DNA of 63,911 nucleotides. Source: Gaiellaceae bacterium. Lineage in GTDB: Bacteria; Actinomycetota; Thermoleophilia; Gaiellales; Gaiellaceae. A model generated the notes under the pieces. The model saw only the letters and a list, made by a program, of their open reading frames with translations. It made no database searches and was not told the origin of the DNA. Below, in pieces: positions 1 to 12,425 of the stretch; positions within the stretch are counted from its first letter, which is position 1, and every line of letters starts with the position of its first letter. The stretch lies in NCBI GenBank assembly GCA_036518855.1, contig DATDMJ010000109.1, forward strand, positions 1-63,911, in the 5' to 3' direction. The position numbers were made by a program, and so were the translations under genes.

Positions 1-1785
1 GACGGCGCGATCGCCGTCTTCGACTCCGTCGCAGGAGTCGAGCCGCAGTCCGAGACGGTCTGGCGCCAGGCCGACCGCTACCGCGTTCCTCGGATCGCGT
101 TCATCAACAAGATGGACCGCACCGGCGCGGACTTCTTCGGCGCCGTGCAGTCGATGGTCGACCGGCTCGGCGCGCGGCCCGTCCCGATCCAGCTTCCGGT
201 GGGCCAGGAGGAGCACGTCCGCGGTGTTGTCGACCTGATCGAGATGCGCGCGACCACCTGGTCCGACGACCTCGGCACCACGATGGAGACGGGCGAGATC
301 CCGTCCGAGCTCGTAGAGCAGGCGCAGGAGTACCACCACCAGCTGATCGACGCGGTCGCCGACCACGACGACGAGCTGATGGAGACCTACCTCCTCGACG
401 AGGAGTCCGTCACGCCCGAGATGCTCAAGCGCGCGCTCCGCGCGGCGACCCTGGACATCTCCGTGACTCCGGTGCTCGCGGGCTCCGCCTTCAAGAACAA
501 GGGCGTCCAGCCGCTGCTCGACGCCGTCGTCGACTACCTCCCGAGCCCGCTCGACGTCCCGCCCGTGCACGGAATCGACCCGCGCACCGAGAACGAGCTC
601 TCGCGCCGCCCGGCGACCGACGAGCCCTTCTCCGCACTCGTCTTCAAGGTCATGTCCGACCCGTACGTCGGCAAGCTGACCTACTTCCGCGTCTACTCGG
701 GCCAGGTCGACGCCGGTGACCGCGTGCTCAACACGACCACCGGCAAGACCGAGCGGATCGGCCGCATCCTCCAGATGCACGCGAACCACCGCGAGGAGCG
801 CGACGAGATCGGCGCCGGCGAGATCGCGGCGGCGGTCGGCCTCAAGGCTTCGACGACGGGCGACACGCTCGCCGTCGACACCGCTCCGATCCGGCTCGAG
901 TCGATGGACTTCCCGGATCCCGTCATCTCGGTCGCGATCGAGCCGAAGACGAAGGCCGACCAGGACAAGCTCGCCTCAGGGCTGCAGCGGCTCTCGGAGG
1001 AGGACCCGACCTTCCGCGTGCGGACCGACGACGAGACCGGCCAGACCCTGATCTCGGGCATGGGCGAGCTCCACCTCGAGATCATCGTCGACCGGCTCCT
1101 GCGCGAGTTCTCGGTCGACGCGAACGTCGGCCGCCCGCAGGTTGCCTACCGCGAGACGTTCGGTCGCCCGGTCGAGAAGATCGAGGGCCGCTTCGTCCGC
1201 CAGACCGGCGGTCGCGGCCAGTACGGCCACGCGGTGATCAACGCCGAGCCGGCCGAGCCCGGCGAGGGCTACGAGTTCGTGGACAAGATCGTCGGCGGCA
1301 AGGTCCCGCGCGAGTACATCCCGGCGGTCGACCTCGGCATCCAGGAGGCGATGGAGTCGGGCATCCTCGCGGGCTACCCGGTCGTCGACGTCCGGATCGA
1401 GCTCGTCGACGGGTCGTTCCACGAGGTCGACTCGAGCGAGATGGCATTCAAGGTCGCCGGCTCGATGGCGTTCAAGAACGCGATGCAGCGGTCGAAGCCG
1501 AAGCTGCTCGAGCCGGTCATGGCCGTCGAGGTCGTGACTCCCGAGGACTACCTCGGCGACGTCATGGGCGACCTCAACTCCCGCCGAGGGCGCGTCGAGG
1601 GCCTCGAGCCGCGCGGCAACGCGCAGGCGATCCGGGCCCGCGTGCCGCTGGCGACCATGTTTGGCTACGCAACCGACCTGCGCTCGACGACGCAGGGACG
1701 GGCCACGTTCACGATGCAATTCGATCGCTACGAGGAAGTGCCTCAGTCGATCGCAGCGGAGCTCGTCGACTCCACGTCCACGTAA
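1..1785 (+). CDS. fusA: Elongation factor G, 5'-truncated by window edge
   Basis: Frame 1 is open from nt 1 ([40 protein letters not shown]...) and continuous with the 112..1785 ORF. EF-G domain II-V sequence throughout; followed by tuf as in str operons. Confidence 0.97.
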   Translation, partial: DGAIAVFDSVAGVEPQSETVWRQADRYRVPRIAFINKMDRTGADFFGAVQSMVDRLGARPVPIQLPVGQEEHVRGVVDLIEMRATTWSDDLGTTMETGEIPSELVEQAQEYHHQLIDAVADHDDELMETYLLDEESVTPEMLKRALRAATLDISVTPVLAGSAFKNKGVQPLLDAVVDYLPSPLDVPPVHGIDPRTENELSRRPATDEPFSALVFKVMSDPYVGKLTYFRVYSGQVDAGDRVLNTTTGKTERIGRILQMHANHREERDEIGAGEIAAAVGLKASTTGDTLAVDTAPIRLESMDFPDPVISVAIEPKTKADQDKLASGLQRLSEEDPTFRVRTDDETGQTLISGMGELHLEIIVDRLLREFSVDANVGRPQVAYRETFGRPVEKIEGRFVRQTGGRGQYGHAVINAEPAEPGEGYEFVDKIVGGKVPREYIPAVDLGIQEAMESGILAGYPVVDVRIELVDGSFHEVDSSEMAFKVAGSMAFKNAMQRSKPKLLEPVMAVEVVTPEDYLGDVMGDLNSRRGRVEGLEPRGNAQAIRARVPLATMFGYATDLRSTTQGRATFTMQFDRYEEVPQSIAAELVDSTST

Positions 1786-1802
1786 GGAAGGAAAGGAAGG
1801 GA

Positions 1803-2996
<1,194 letters not shown>

Positions 2997-3006
2997 GGGA
3001 GCGCCG

Positions 3007-3315
3007 GTGCCGCAGAGCAAAATCCGCATCCGCCTCAAGGGCTACGACCACCAGCAGCTCGACAAGTCTGCGAGCCAGATCGTGGAGACGGCCCAGCGCA
3101 CCGGCGCGACCATCACCGGCCCCGTGCCCCTGCCCACCGAGAAGAACGTCTACTGCGTGATCCGGTCGCCGTTCAAGGACAAGGACTCGCGGGAGCACTT
3201 CGAGGTGCGCACGCACAAGCGGCTGATCGACATCCACTCGCCGACGCCGAAGACGGTCGACTCGCTGATGCGGCTCGACCTGCCTGCAGGCGTGGACATC
3301 GAGATCAAGCTGTGA
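3007..3315 (+). CDS. rpsJ: 30S ribosomal protein S10
   Basis: 102 aa, [15 protein letters not shown]... GTG start 10 nt after the tuf stop. Confidence 0.98.
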   Translation: MPQSKIRIRLKGYDHQQLDKSASQIVETAQRTGATITGPVPLPTEKNVYCVIRSPFKDKDSREHFEVRTHKRLIDIHSPTPKTVDSLMRLDLPAGVDIEIKL

Positions 3316-3938
3316 AAGGCATCCTCGGCAAGAAGCTCGGCATGACCCAGCTCTTCGACCCTGAGACCGGCGAGGTGACCCCGGTGACGGTGATCGAGGC
3401 CGGGCCGTGTCCCGTCGTGCGCGTGAAGACCGTCGAGTCGGACGGCTACGAGGCCGTCCAGCTCGCGTTCGACGCGGTTGCCGAGGCGAAGGTGAACAAG
3501 CCGAGGCTCGGCCAGCTCGGCAAGGCGGGCCCGCACCGGGAGCTCGCGGAGTTCCGCGGTCCGAGCGAGCTGACCGAGGGCGAGTCCGTGACCGTCGAGG
3601 CCTTCGAGCCCGGTGAGCGGGTGAAGGTCTCGGGCACCGGGATCGGCAAGGGCTTCGCCGGGACGATCAAGCGCCACAACTTCAGCCGTGGGCCGACGAC
3701 GCACGGCTCGCACAACATCCGCGCCCCCGGCTCGGTCGGCGCCTCGGCGACGCCGTCGCGGGTGTGGAAGGGCATCAAGATGGCCGGCCGGATGGGCGGC
3801 AAGCGTGTCACGCAGGTTGGGCTGACGGTGCACGAGATCGTTCCGGACGAGAACCTGCTGCTCGTCAAGGGCGCGGTTCCCGGGCCGAAGAACGGCATCG
3901 TCGAGGTGAGGGAGGACAAGGGTCGTGGCGGCGCCTAA
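3312..3938 (+). CDS. rplC: 50S ribosomal protein L3
   Basis: 208 aa, [15 protein letters not shown]... GTGA overlap with the rpsJ stop. Confidence 0.98.
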   Translation: MKGILGKKLGMTQLFDPETGEVTPVTVIEAGPCPVVRVKTVESDGYEAVQLAFDAVAEAKVNKPRLGQLGKAGPHRELAEFRGPSELTEGESVTVEAFEPGERVKVSGTGIGKGFAGTIKRHNFSRGPTTHGSHNIRAPGSVGASATPSRVWKGIKMAGRMGGKRVTQVGLTVHEIVPDENLLLVKGAVPGPKNGIVEVREDKGRGGA

Positions 3939-4542
3939 GGCCCCGGTCGTCGGCTCGTCGAAGAGCGTGACGCTCGAGGAAGGCGTCTTCGCCGCCGAGG
4001 TGAAGCCGCACCTCGTCCACGAGACCGTGCGCGCGGAGCTGAACGCGGCGCGCTCGGCCACGCGCGGCGGCAAGAGCCGCGGCCTGGTCGCGGGCGGCCG
4101 CTCCAAGCCGTGGCGCCAGAAGGGCACCGGCCGCGCGCGAGCGGGGTCGACCCGCGCGCCGCACTGGACCGGCGGCGGCATGGCGTTCCCGCCGAACAAT
4201 CGCAACTTCACGTCGAAGGTCAACCGCAAGAGCCGCAAGGCCGCGCTCCGGAGCGCGCTCTCCGCCCACGCGCAAGCGGGGACGCTGGGTGTCGTCGATC
4301 CCGGTGGGTTCGAGAAGCCCTCGACGAAGGACGCCGCCGAGCTGCTGGGATCGTGGGGCAAGGAGCTGCCGGCCCTGGTCGTCGCCCAGCCCGAGGACGA
4401 GTCCGTGATCAAGTCGTTCCGCAACCTCGACCGCGTCGCCGTGACGGTGCCGAGCGAGCTCGAGGTCAACCAGATCGTCTGGGCCCGCTCGCTGCTGATC
4501 AGCGAGGGCGCGCTCGAGCACGTGCAGGGGAGGGCCCAGTGA
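3925..4542 (+). CDS. rplD: 50S ribosomal protein L4
   Basis: 205 aa; [12 protein letters not shown] motif; position in the S10 operon. Confidence 0.97.
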   Translation: MAAPKAPVVGSSKSVTLEEGVFAAEVKPHLVHETVRAELNAARSATRGGKSRGLVAGGRSKPWRQKGTGRARAGSTRAPHWTGGGMAFPPNNRNFTSKVNRKSRKAALRSALSAHAQAGTLGVVDPGGFEKPSTKDAAELLGSWGKELPALVVAQPEDESVIKSFRNLDRVAVTVPSELEVNQIVWARSLLISEGALEHVQGRAQ

Positions 4543-4835
4543 GCCTCCACCCGAACCAGGTCTTGCTCGCGCCGGTCGTGACCGAGAAGAGCTACGAGCT
4601 GATCGAGAGCCAGAAGTACTCGTTCCGCGTGCATCCCGATGCTCACAAGACGCAGGTGCGGCAGGCCGTCGAGGAGCTGTTCAGCGTCCACGTCGAGGCC
4701 GTGAACATCGTGAAGGTCCAGCCGAAGCCGAAGCGCCGCGGCATGCGCCCCGGCCGCAGACCCGGCTGGAAGAAGGCGATCGTGCAGATCCGCCGGGGCG
4801 AGTCGATCGAGATCTTCGAAGGAGCGCAGGCTTAG
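4539..4835 (+). CDS. rplW: 50S ribosomal protein L23
   Basis: GTG at 4539 overlaps the rplD stop (GTGA). It is in frame with the tail of ORF 4110..4835 ([21 protein letters not shown]...). Confidence 0.95.
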   Translation: MSLHPNQVLLAPVVTEKSYELIESQKYSFRVHPDAHKTQVRQAVEELFSVHVEAVNIVKVQPKPKRRGMRPGRRPGWKKAIVQIRRGESIEIFEGAQA

Positions 4836-4998
4836 TGGCCCTCCTGGCAACGGTTAGTGCTCATCTGGCGCGCGATGCGCGGCGCATCGCCGCGTCCTCA
4901 GTCGCGCCCATGCATCGAAGCATGGGCACTCCCTGCGTCCTTGCGCTGCTTGCGCCTCGCACACCAGAGGCGCGAAACCGTCACCAGGAGAGCCACTA

Positions 4999-5837
<839 letters not shown>

Positions 5838-5841
<4 letters not shown>

Positions 5842-6122
5842 GCCGAAGCTCGAAAAAGGGGCCGTTCGTCGAGGAGCGCCTGCTGGGGCGGATCCAGTCG
5901 ATGAACGAGTCCGGCAGCAAGCAGATGGTCCGCACCTGGTCGCGGGCCTCGACGATCTTCCCCGAGATGGTCGGGCACACGATCGCGGTCCACGACGGGC
6001 GCAAGCACGTGCCCGTGTTCGTGACCGAGCAGATGGTCGGTCACAAGCTGGGCGAGTTCGCCCCCACCCGCACCTTCCGCGGCCATTCCGGCGACCGCAA
6101 GGCGGAGGTGAAGCGCACCTGA
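5838..6122 (+). CDS. rpsS: 30S ribosomal protein S19
   Basis: TTG at 5838 overlaps the rplB stop. Tail of ORF 4857..6122 reads [16 protein letters not shown]...[13 protein letters not shown]. Confidence 0.96.
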
Positions 6123-6499
6123 TGGCGACGGCCGAGCGCCAGGAGGTCAAGGCCGTGGCCAAGTGGGTGCGGATGTCGCCCCGCAAGGCGCGGCTCGTCA
6201 CGGAGCACATCCGCGGGCGGAGCGTGCCCGAGGCGCGCACCGTGCTCGCCTTCACACCCCGCGCGGCTGCGCGGGAGATCGAGAAGGTGCTGCGCTCCGC
6301 AATCGCGAACGCGGAGGCGAATCACAACCTCGCCGGCGACGACCTGGTCGTGAAGGCCGCCTACGTCGACGAGGGCCCGGTCATGAAGCGCTGGCGCGCG
6401 AGGGCGCGCGGCCGCGCGGTCCGGATCCACAAGCCGACCTGCCACATCACCGTCGTGCTCACCGAGGGCGCGGCCGAGCCCGAGGAGGCGAAGAGCTAG
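6122..6499 (+). CDS. rplV: 50S ribosomal protein L22
   Basis: 125 aa; ATGA overlap with rpsS; VRMSPRKARLV motif. Confidence 0.97.
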   Translation: MATAERQEVKAVAKWVRMSPRKARLVTEHIRGRSVPEARTVLAFTPRAAAREIEKVLRSAIANAEANHNLAGDDLVVKAAYVDEGPVMKRWRARARGRAVRIHKPTCHITVVLTEGAAEPEEAKS

Positions 6500-7498
6500 A
6501 TGGGTCAGAAGGTTCATCCCGGCGGCCTGCGCGTGGGCGTCATCCACGACTGGAAGTCGAACTGGTACACGGGGACGAAGGAGTTCCCGGCCTACCTGCT
6601 CGAGGACATCAAGATCCGCGAGCACATCCAGAACAAGCTCTCGCACGCGGGCCTGTCCGACATCCTGATCCGCAAGGACGCCCAGCGGATCACGATCGAC
6701 ATCTACACCGCGCGGCCCGGGATCGTGATCGGCAAGTCCGGGGTCGAGGTGGACGCGCTCCGCAAGGAGATCCACGGCATGACCAACAAGGCCGTGCACA
6801 TCAACATCAACGAGATCAAGCGGCCCGAGCTCGATGCGAAGCTCGTCGCGCAGTCGATCGCCGAGCAGCTCGAGAACCGCGTCAGCTTCCGCCGCGCGAT
6901 GAAGCGCTCGCTCGCCTCCGCGATCCGCTCGGGCGCGCACGGCGTGAAGGTGATGTGTGGCGGCCGCCTCGGCGGCGGCGAGATGAGCCGCTCCGAGCAG
7001 TACTCCGAGGGCCGCGTTCCGCTGCACACGATTCGCGCGGACATCGACTTCGGCTTCGCCGAGGCGAAGACGACCTTCGGCCGCATCGGCGTCAAGGTCT
7101 GGATCAACAAGGGCGAGATCATGCCCGAGGGGTACGAGGGCGTCAGCCAGCGCGACGCGAGGCTCGGCGACCAGGACCAGGCGCGCCGCCGCGGCGGCAC
7201 CGCCGAGGGTCTCGGCGCCTCCCGCGAGGGTGGACGCGGCCGCGGGCCCGACCGCGAAGGCCTCGGGCCGGTGCGCCAGCGGCGCCGCGGCCAGGGCGGC
7301 GGTCCGCGTCGTCCGGGTGGCGGCCGGGGTCGTGGACGCCAGCAGGACAACGTCGAGCGCCCGCGCACCGACGAGGGGGCGACCTCCGCCGAGGGTAGGG
7401 AGCAGCCGCAGGTCGAGCCGGAGACGCCGCCGGCACCTGAGGCGGCCGTCGAGGCACCCGACACGAAGCCGGAGACCCAGGAGAAGAGCGAAGACTGA
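6500..7498 (+). CDS. rpsC: 30S ribosomal protein S3 with long Arg/Gly-rich C-terminal extension
   Basis: 332 aa, [13 protein letters not shown]... KH and S3-C domains followed by about 110 aa of low-complexity RGG/PE-rich tail. Confidence 0.97.
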   Translation: MGQKVHPGGLRVGVIHDWKSNWYTGTKEFPAYLLEDIKIREHIQNKLSHAGLSDILIRKDAQRITIDIYTARPGIVIGKSGVEVDALRKEIHGMTNKAVHININEIKRPELDAKLVAQSIAEQLENRVSFRRAMKRSLASAIRSGAHGVKVMCGGRLGGGEMSRSEQYSEGRVPLHTIRADIDFGFAEAKTTFGRIGVKVWINKGEIMPEGYEGVSQRDARLGDQDQARRRGGTAEGLGASREGGRGRGPDREGLGPVRQRRRGQGGGPRRPGGGRGRGRQQDNVERPRTDEGATSAEGREQPQVEPETPPAPEAAVEAPDTKPETQEKSED

Positions 7499-7923
7499 TG
7501 CTGCTCCCGAAGAAGACCAAGTACCGCAAGTACCAGCGTGGCCGCCGTCGAGGCTTCTCGAAGGGCCAGACGACGGTGCAGGCCGGGGACTACGGCCTGA
7601 AGGCGCTCGAAGCCGGTTGGGTGACCAACCGCCAGATCGAGGCGGCTCGTATCGCGATGACGCGCAAGATCCGCCGCGGGGGCAAGGTCTGGATCAACGT
7701 CTTCCCGGACAAGCCGGTCACGCAGAAGCCCGCCGAGACGCGCATGGGCTCGGGCAAGGGCGCTCCGGAGCACTGGGTTGCAGTCGTCAAGCCCGGCCGC
7801 GTGATGTTCGAGCTCGCCGGGGTCGACGAGCGCCTTGCGAAGGAAGCCCTCCGCCTCGCGGGCCGCAAGCTGCCGCTGAGGACGAGGGTCGTGAAGAGGG
7901 AGGCTGATCTGTTTGCGAGCTAG
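7498..7923 (+). CDS. rplP: 50S ribosomal protein L16
   Basis: 141 aa, [16 protein letters not shown]...; ATG overlaps the rpsC stop. Confidence 0.98.
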   Translation: MLLPKKTKYRKYQRGRRRGFSKGQTTVQAGDYGLKALEAGWVTNRQIEAARIAMTRKIRRGGKVWINVFPDKPVTQKPAETRMGSGKGAPEHWVAVVKPGRVMFELAGVDERLAKEALRLAGRKLPLRTRVVKREADLFAS

Positions 7924-8125
7924 AGAGCTGCGCGACCTCTCCGACGAGGAGCTGGAGAACCGCTTGGCCGACACGCGCCAGGAGCTCTTCAACCTGCGCT
8001 TCCAGGGCGTCACGGGAGCGCTGGAGAACACGGCGCGCCTGAAGCTCGCCAAGCGCGAGATCGCCCGCATCCTGACCATCCGTAACGAACGAGAAAGCAG
8101 TCTGACGAGAGAGACGAATGGCTGA
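7913..8125 (+). CDS. rpmC: 50S ribosomal protein L29
   Basis: 70 aa, (M)[30 protein letters not shown]; TTG start overlapping the rplP end. Confidence 0.93.
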   Translation: MRARELRDLSDEELENRLADTRQELFNLRFQGVTGALENTARLKLAKREIARILTIRNERESSLTRETNG

Positions 8126-8780
8126 CGAAGAGCAGAACGAGAACCAGGCAGAAACGACCGAGGCCGAAGCCGAAGCTGAGGCGCCGGCCGAGGAAGCACC
8201 GGTCGCCGAGGCGGAGGAGGCTCCTGCCGCGGAGGAAGCTCCGGTGGAGGAGGAAGCTCCTGCCGCGGAGGAGGCTCCGGCCGAGGAGGAAGCTCCTGCG
8301 GAAGAGCCCGCGGCTGAAGAAGCGCCTGCGGCTGAAGAGGAGCCTGCGGCCGAGGAGCCTGCGGCAGAGGAGCCCGCTGCGGAGGCGGAAGCGCCTGCGC
8401 CCGCGCAGCCTGCCCAGAAGCCGAAACGCAAGCGCCTGCCGCGGTCACAGCGCCACAAGCACTCGAAGCCGAAGCGCGAGCGCCCCGCCGAGCGCCGGCC
8501 GATCGTCCGCCTGCCGAAGCCCGAGCATGCGCGCGGCCGCCGCCAGGAGCGCCGCGGCGTCGTGGTCTCGAGCGCGATGGACAAGACGATCGTCGTCAAG
8601 GTCGACACGGTGAAGGCGCATCCCAAGTACAAGAAGGTCGTCCGCCGCTCGACCAAGTTCCACGCGCACGACGAGCAGAACACGGCGAAGGTCGGCGACC
8701 TCGTGCGGATCGTCGAGACGAAGCCGCTGAGCAAGTCGAAGAACTGGCGCCTCGCCGAGGTCCTGGAGGCCGCGAAGTGA
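8118..8780 (+). CDS. rpsQ: 30S ribosomal protein S17 with ~130-aa acidic Ala/Glu/Pro repeat N-terminal extension
   Basis: The C-terminal ~85 aa ([31 protein letters not shown]...) is canonical S17. No in-frame ATG/GTG/TTG lies just upstream of the conserved core, so the 220-aa ORF from ATG 8118 is the only simple model. Confidence 0.9.
   Translation: MADEEQNENQAETTEAEAEAEAPAEEAPVAEAEEAPAAEEAPVEEEAPAAEEAPAEEEAPAEEPAAEEAPAAEEEPAAEEPAAEEPAAEAEAPAPAQPAQKPKRKRLPRSQRHKHSKPKRERPAERRPIVRLPKPEHARGRRQERRGVVVSSAMDKTIVVKVDTVKAHPKYKKVVRRSTKFHAHDEQNTAKVGDLVRIVETKPLSKSKNWRLAEVLEAAK
8148..8409 (+). repeat. In-frame imperfect tandem repeats encoding (A/P)EEAPAAEE units inside rpsQ
   Basis: Repeated GAGGAAGCTCCTGCCGCG / GAGGAGCCTGCGGC-type units; translation [57 protein letters not shown]. 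Confidence 0.9.
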
Positions 8781-9145
8781 TCCAGCAGGAGTCGAGGCTG
8801 CGAGTGGCCGACAACACCGGCGCCCGCGAGATCCTGTGCATCCGCGTCAAGGGCGGCTCGCACCGCCGCTACGCGCGCGTGGGCGACGTGATCACCGCCA
8901 CCGTCAAGACCGCGAGCCCGCAGGGCGCCGTCAAGAAGGGCGAGGTCGTCCAGGCCGTCGTCGTCCGCACGCGGAAGCCGTTCGGCCGCAACGACGGCAC
9001 GAGCATCGCCTTCGACGAGAACGCTGCCGTGCTGATCGACAGCGCGCGCAACCCGCGGGGCACGCGCATCTTCGGCCCCGTGGCACGCGAATTGCGCGAG
9101 AAGAACTTCATGAAGATCGTTTCTCTGGCCCCGGAGGTCCTGTGA
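8777..9145 (+). CDS. rplN: 50S ribosomal protein L14
   Basis: 122 aa, [19 protein letters not shown]...; GTGA overlap with rpsQ. Confidence 0.98.
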   Translation: MIQQESRLRVADNTGAREILCIRVKGGSHRRYARVGDVITATVKTASPQGAVKKGEVVQAVVVRTRKPFGRNDGTSIAFDENAAVLIDSARNPRGTRIFGPVARELREKNFMKIVSLAPEVL

Positions 9146-9153
9146 CCGCAACC

Positions 9154-9516
9154 ATGAGAGTCAGGAAGGGCGACACGGTTCAGATGCTGACCGGCAAGGA
9201 CCGCGGCAAGCAGGGCCGCGTGATCGACGCGCGCCCGCGTGAGCGCCGCGTCGTCGTCGAGAACCTGAACGTCGTCAAGCGGCACACCCGCCCGCAGCCG
9301 ATCAAGGAGTCGAGCCGGATGGGTGGCACGCAGATGACCCCGGGCGGCGTGATCTCGAAGCCATCCGCGGTTCCGATCTCGAACGTGATGCTCGTGTGCC
9401 CGACCTGCAACAGGCCGACGCGCGTGGGGATGACGACGAAGGAGGGCAAGGGCGGCCGCGAAGTCCGTGTCCGGGTCTGCAAGCGGGCCGACTGCCTCCA
9501 GGAGATCGACAAGTGA
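9154..9516 (+). CDS. rplX: 50S ribosomal protein L24 (Cys4 zinc-ribbon-type C-terminus)
   Basis: Tail of ORF 8836..9516: [21 protein letters not shown] (KOW) ... [10 protein letters not shown]...VCKRADC. ATG at 9154; alternative GTG at 9142 overlaps the rplN stop. Confidence 0.93.
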   Translation: MRVRKGDTVQMLTGKDRGKQGRVIDARPRERRVVVENLNVVKRHTRPQPIKESSRMGGTQMTPGGVISKPSAVPISNVMLVCPTCNRPTRVGMTTKEGKGGREVRVRVCKRADCLQEIDK

Positions 9517-10103
9517 GCCCCAAGAGCGACGGCAACGGCTACGAGCCCCGCCTCAAGACGCTCTACGACGAGCAGGTTCGTCCGCGCCTCAAGGACGAGC
9601 TCGGCGTGAGCAGCGTCATGCAGGTCCCGCGCGTCCAGAAGATCACGCTCAACATGGGCGTGGGCGAGGCGAAGACCGAGGCGAAGGCGCTCGACGGCGC
9701 GATCGAGGAGCTGACGACGATCGCCGGCCAGCGCGCGCACGTGCGCAAGGCGCGAAAGTCGATCGCCAGCTTCAAGCTGCGCGAGGGAATGCCCGTCGGC
9801 GCGCGCGTCACCCTGCGCGGCGCGCGGATGTGGGAGTTCCTCGACCGCCTCGTGTCGATTGCGCTCCCGCGGATCCGCGATTTCCGTGGGCTCAACCCCG
9901 GCTCGTTCGACGGGCGGGGCAACTTCTCGCTCGGAATCCGCGAGCAGATCATCTTCCCGGAGATCGATTACGACTCGATCGCCGCCATCCGCGGCCTCGA
10001 CGTCGCGATCACGACATCGGCGGCGAACGACGAGCAGGGCCTCGCGCTCCTGCGCGCGCTCGGCATGCCGTTCGCACAAGCAAGCACTGAAGGAGAGCAG
10101 TAA
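9513..10103 (+). CDS. rplE: 50S ribosomal protein L5
   Basis: GTG 9513 overlaps the rplX stop. Tail of ORF 9396..10103: ...[19 protein letters not shown]...[10 protein letters not shown]. Confidence 0.95.
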   Translation: MSPKSDGNGYEPRLKTLYDEQVRPRLKDELGVSSVMQVPRVQKITLNMGVGEAKTEAKALDGAIEELTTIAGQRAHVRKARKSIASFKLREGMPVGARVTLRGARMWEFLDRLVSIALPRIRDFRGLNPGSFDGRGNFSLGIREQIIFPEIDYDSIAAIRGLDVAITTSAANDEQGLALLRALGMPFAQASTEGEQ

Positions 10104-10289
10104 GTGGCACGCAAGGCACTGATCGAGAAGTCGCGCAAGCCCCAGCGGTTCAAGGTGCGCAACTACACGCGCTGCAACCGCTGCGGCCGCCCGCGCGCCG
10201 TCTACAAGAAGTTCGGCCTTTGCCGGATCTGCCTGCGCGACCTCGCGCACGAGGGTGTGATCCCCGGCATGACGAAATCGAGCTGGTGA
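10104..10289 (+). CDS. rpsN: 30S ribosomal protein S14 type Z (zinc-binding)
   Basis: 61 aa with CNRCGRP...CRIC Cys4 motif. Confidence 0.97.
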   Translation: MARKALIEKSRKPQRFKVRNYTRCNRCGRPRAVYKKFGLCRICLRDLAHEGVIPGMTKSSW

Positions 10290-10690
10290 TGCAGACAGAT
10301 CCCGTCGCAGACATGCTGAGCCGCATCCGGAACGCGAACCGCGCGCTCCACGAGACGGCCGAGATGCCCAACTCGCGCCTCAAGGCGGAGATCGCGCGCC
10401 TCCTCAAGGAGGAGGGCTATATCCGCGACTTCCACGTCGAGCGCAAGGAGGACAAGCCCTACGACACGCTCGCGATCGAGCTCAAGTTCGGCAAGAACCG
10501 CGAGCGCGTGATCACCGATCTGAAGCGCGTCTCCAAGCCCGGCCGCCGCGTCTACGCTCGCAAGGACCGCCTTCCGCGGGTCCTCGGCGGGATGGGCATC
10601 GCGATCCTGTCCACCTCCAACGGCCTGATCACGAGCCGAACCGCCGAGGAAAAGGGCATCGGCGGCGAGGTCGTCTGCTTCATCTGGTGA
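10289..10690 (+). CDS. rpsH: 30S ribosomal protein S8
   Basis: [19 protein letters not shown]...; ATG 10289 shares its first base with the last base of the rpsN stop (TGATG). GTG 10286 is an alternative start. Confidence 0.96.
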   Translation: MQTDPVADMLSRIRNANRALHETAEMPNSRLKAEIARLLKEEGYIRDFHVERKEDKPYDTLAIELKFGKNRERVITDLKRVSKPGRRVYARKDRLPRVLGGMGIAILSTSNGLITSRTAEEKGIGGEVVCFIW

Positions 10691-10693
10691 GCC

Positions 10694-11230
10694 ATGAGCC
10701 GAATCGGTAGACAGCCCATTCAGATCCCCGCCGGTGTGTCGGTGTCGATCACGGCCGGCCGCGTGATGGTGAACGGCCCGCTCGGTGAGCTGAGCCAGGA
10801 CGTCACCCCGAGGATGAAGGTCGAGCAGCAGGACGACGCGATCGTCGTGACCCGACCCACGGACCGCGGAGACGATCGCGCCCTGCACGGGCTGACGCGC
10901 TCGCTGATCGCGAACATGGTCGAGGGCGTCACGAACGGCTTCCAGAAGCGGCTCGAGATCCAGGGCGTCGGCTACCGCGCCGCGCTGCGAGGCACCGACC
11001 TCGAGCTCAGCGTTGGCTATTCGCACCCGGTCGTCCTGAAGGCGCCTGCCGGAATCACCTTCGAGGTGCCGACGCAGACCGAGGTGATCGTCAAGGGGAT
11101 CGACAAGCAGCAGGTCGGCCAGATCGCCGCCGAGGTGCGCAAGGTCCGCCCGCCCGAGCCGTACAAGGGCAAGGGCATCCGCTACGAAGGCGAATACGTG
11201 CGCCGCAAGGTCGGCAAGAGGGCGGCATGA
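10694..11230 (+). CDS. rplF: 50S ribosomal protein L6
   Basis: 178 aa, MSRIGRQPIQIPAGVSV... Confidence 0.98.
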   Translation: MSRIGRQPIQIPAGVSVSITAGRVMVNGPLGELSQDVTPRMKVEQQDDAIVVTRPTDRGDDRALHGLTRSLIANMVEGVTNGFQKRLEIQGVGYRAALRGTDLELSVGYSHPVVLKAPAGITFEVPTQTEVIVKGIDKQQVGQIAAEVRKVRPPEPYKGKGIRYEGEYVRRKVGKRAA

Positions 11231-11327
11231 GACGTCGCTTGCGATGTCTCACCCCGGCAGTACGGGCTTTGCCCGTGCGGCCGTCTGAACCGACCGGTCG
11301 ACCCGCCTGCCGGGAGAACCACTCGAC

Positions 11328-11681
11328 ATGAGCACGCTGACCGTCCGGAAGGCGCGGGAGCGCCGGCACAAGCGCGTGCGGAGGAAGGTCTTCGGCAGCT
11401 CCGAGCGGCCGCGCCTGGTCGTGTTCCGCTCGAATCGCGGCATCGAGGCGCAGCTCGTGGACGATCTCGAGAGCCGGACGCTCGCCGCGGCCAGCTGGCT
11501 CAACCTGCGCAGCTTCAAGGGCTCGAAGTCCGACCAGGCTGCCGAGGTCGGCAAGCTGCTGGCGCAACGGGCAAAGGAGGCCGGCATCTCCACCGCCGTC
11601 TTCGACCGGGGCGGCTACCTCTACCACGGCCGCGTGAAGGCGCTGGCCGATGCGGCACGCGAAGGAGGCTTGAAGTTCTAG
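11328..11681 (+). CDS. rplR: 50S ribosomal protein L18
   Basis: 117 aa; ...[20 protein letters not shown]...[26 protein letters not shown]. Confidence 0.96.
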   Translation: MSTLTVRKARERRHKRVRRKVFGSSERPRLVVFRSNRGIEAQLVDDLESRTLAAASWLNLRSFKGSKSDQAAEVGKLLAQRAKEAGISTAVFDRGGYLYHGRVKALADAAREGGLKF

Positions 11682-12274
11682 TGGCAGTTCAGGAACGCGA
11701 TGCGAGAGAGCTCAAGGAGCGCGTGGTCGAGATCAACCGCGTCGCCAAGGTGGTCAAGGGCGGCCGGAGGTTCTCCTTCACGGCGCTCGTGGTGATCGGC
11801 GACGAGGTCGAGCGCGTCGGGCTCGGCTACGGGAAGGCCCGCGAGGTTCCGCTGGCGATCTCGAAGGCCGTCGACGACGCGAAGAAGAACCTCTTCGTCG
11901 TGCCGCGGCACGGGACGACGATCACGCACGAGATCCTCGGCGAGTTCGGCGCGGCGCGCGTGCTGCTGCGGCCGGCGAGCGAGGGAACCGGCGTCATCGC
12001 CGGCGGCGGCGTGCGCGCCGTCCTCGAGCTGGCCGGGATCCGCGACATCCTCGCCAAGAGCCTCGGCACCACGAACCCGATCAACATGCTCAAGGCGACC
12101 GTGAACGGCCTCCAGCGGCTCCGGCGGCCGGACGAGGTCGCGGAGACGCGCGGGCTGACGATCAAGCAGGTCTTGCCCGTGAGCGCGCGGCCCCCCGAGG
12201 AAGTGCAAACCGAACCGGAACCACAGGTGGAAGAGACGAGCGATGGCGAAGCTCCGGATAACCCAGACGCGTAG
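11681..12274 (+). CDS. rpsE: 30S ribosomal protein S5 (acidic C-terminal tail)
   Basis: 197 aa; ...[19 protein letters not shown]...; GTG shares its first base with the last base of the rplR stop (TAGTG). Confidence 0.97.
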   Translation: MAVQERDARELKERVVEINRVAKVVKGGRRFSFTALVVIGDEVERVGLGYGKAREVPLAISKAVDDAKKNLFVVPRHGTTITHEILGEFGAARVLLRPASEGTGVIAGGGVRAVLELAGIRDILAKSLGTTNPINMLKATVNGLQRLRRPDEVAETRGLTIKQVLPVSARPPEEVQTEPEPQVEETSDGEAPDNPDA

Positions 12275-12425
12275 CTCGATCGGCCAGAGCGCGAGGCACC
12301 GCGGAACGCTCCGCGCGCTCGGCCTGGGCAGGATCGGCCGCAGCCGCGAGCACGCGGAGAGCCCGCAGCTCGCCGGTATGCTCAGGAAGGTCCGTCACCT
12401 CGTCCGAGTGGACTCCGATGCCTGA
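12243..12425 (+). CDS. rpmD: 50S ribosomal protein L30
   Basis: 60 aa, [28 protein letters not shown]; overlaps the rpsE tail by 32 nt in another frame. Confidence 0.93.
   Translation: MAKLRITQTRSSIGQSARHRGTLRALGLGRIGRSREHAESPQLAGMLRKVRHLVRVDSDA

Noticed and set aside
8148-8409. CRISPR-like or minisatellite repeats (also 46288..46490)
   Set aside because: The units are short (15-24 nt), contiguous without unique spacers, in frame, and translate to sensible low-complexity protein segments inside rpsQ and the His-rich gene. No cas genes are present.
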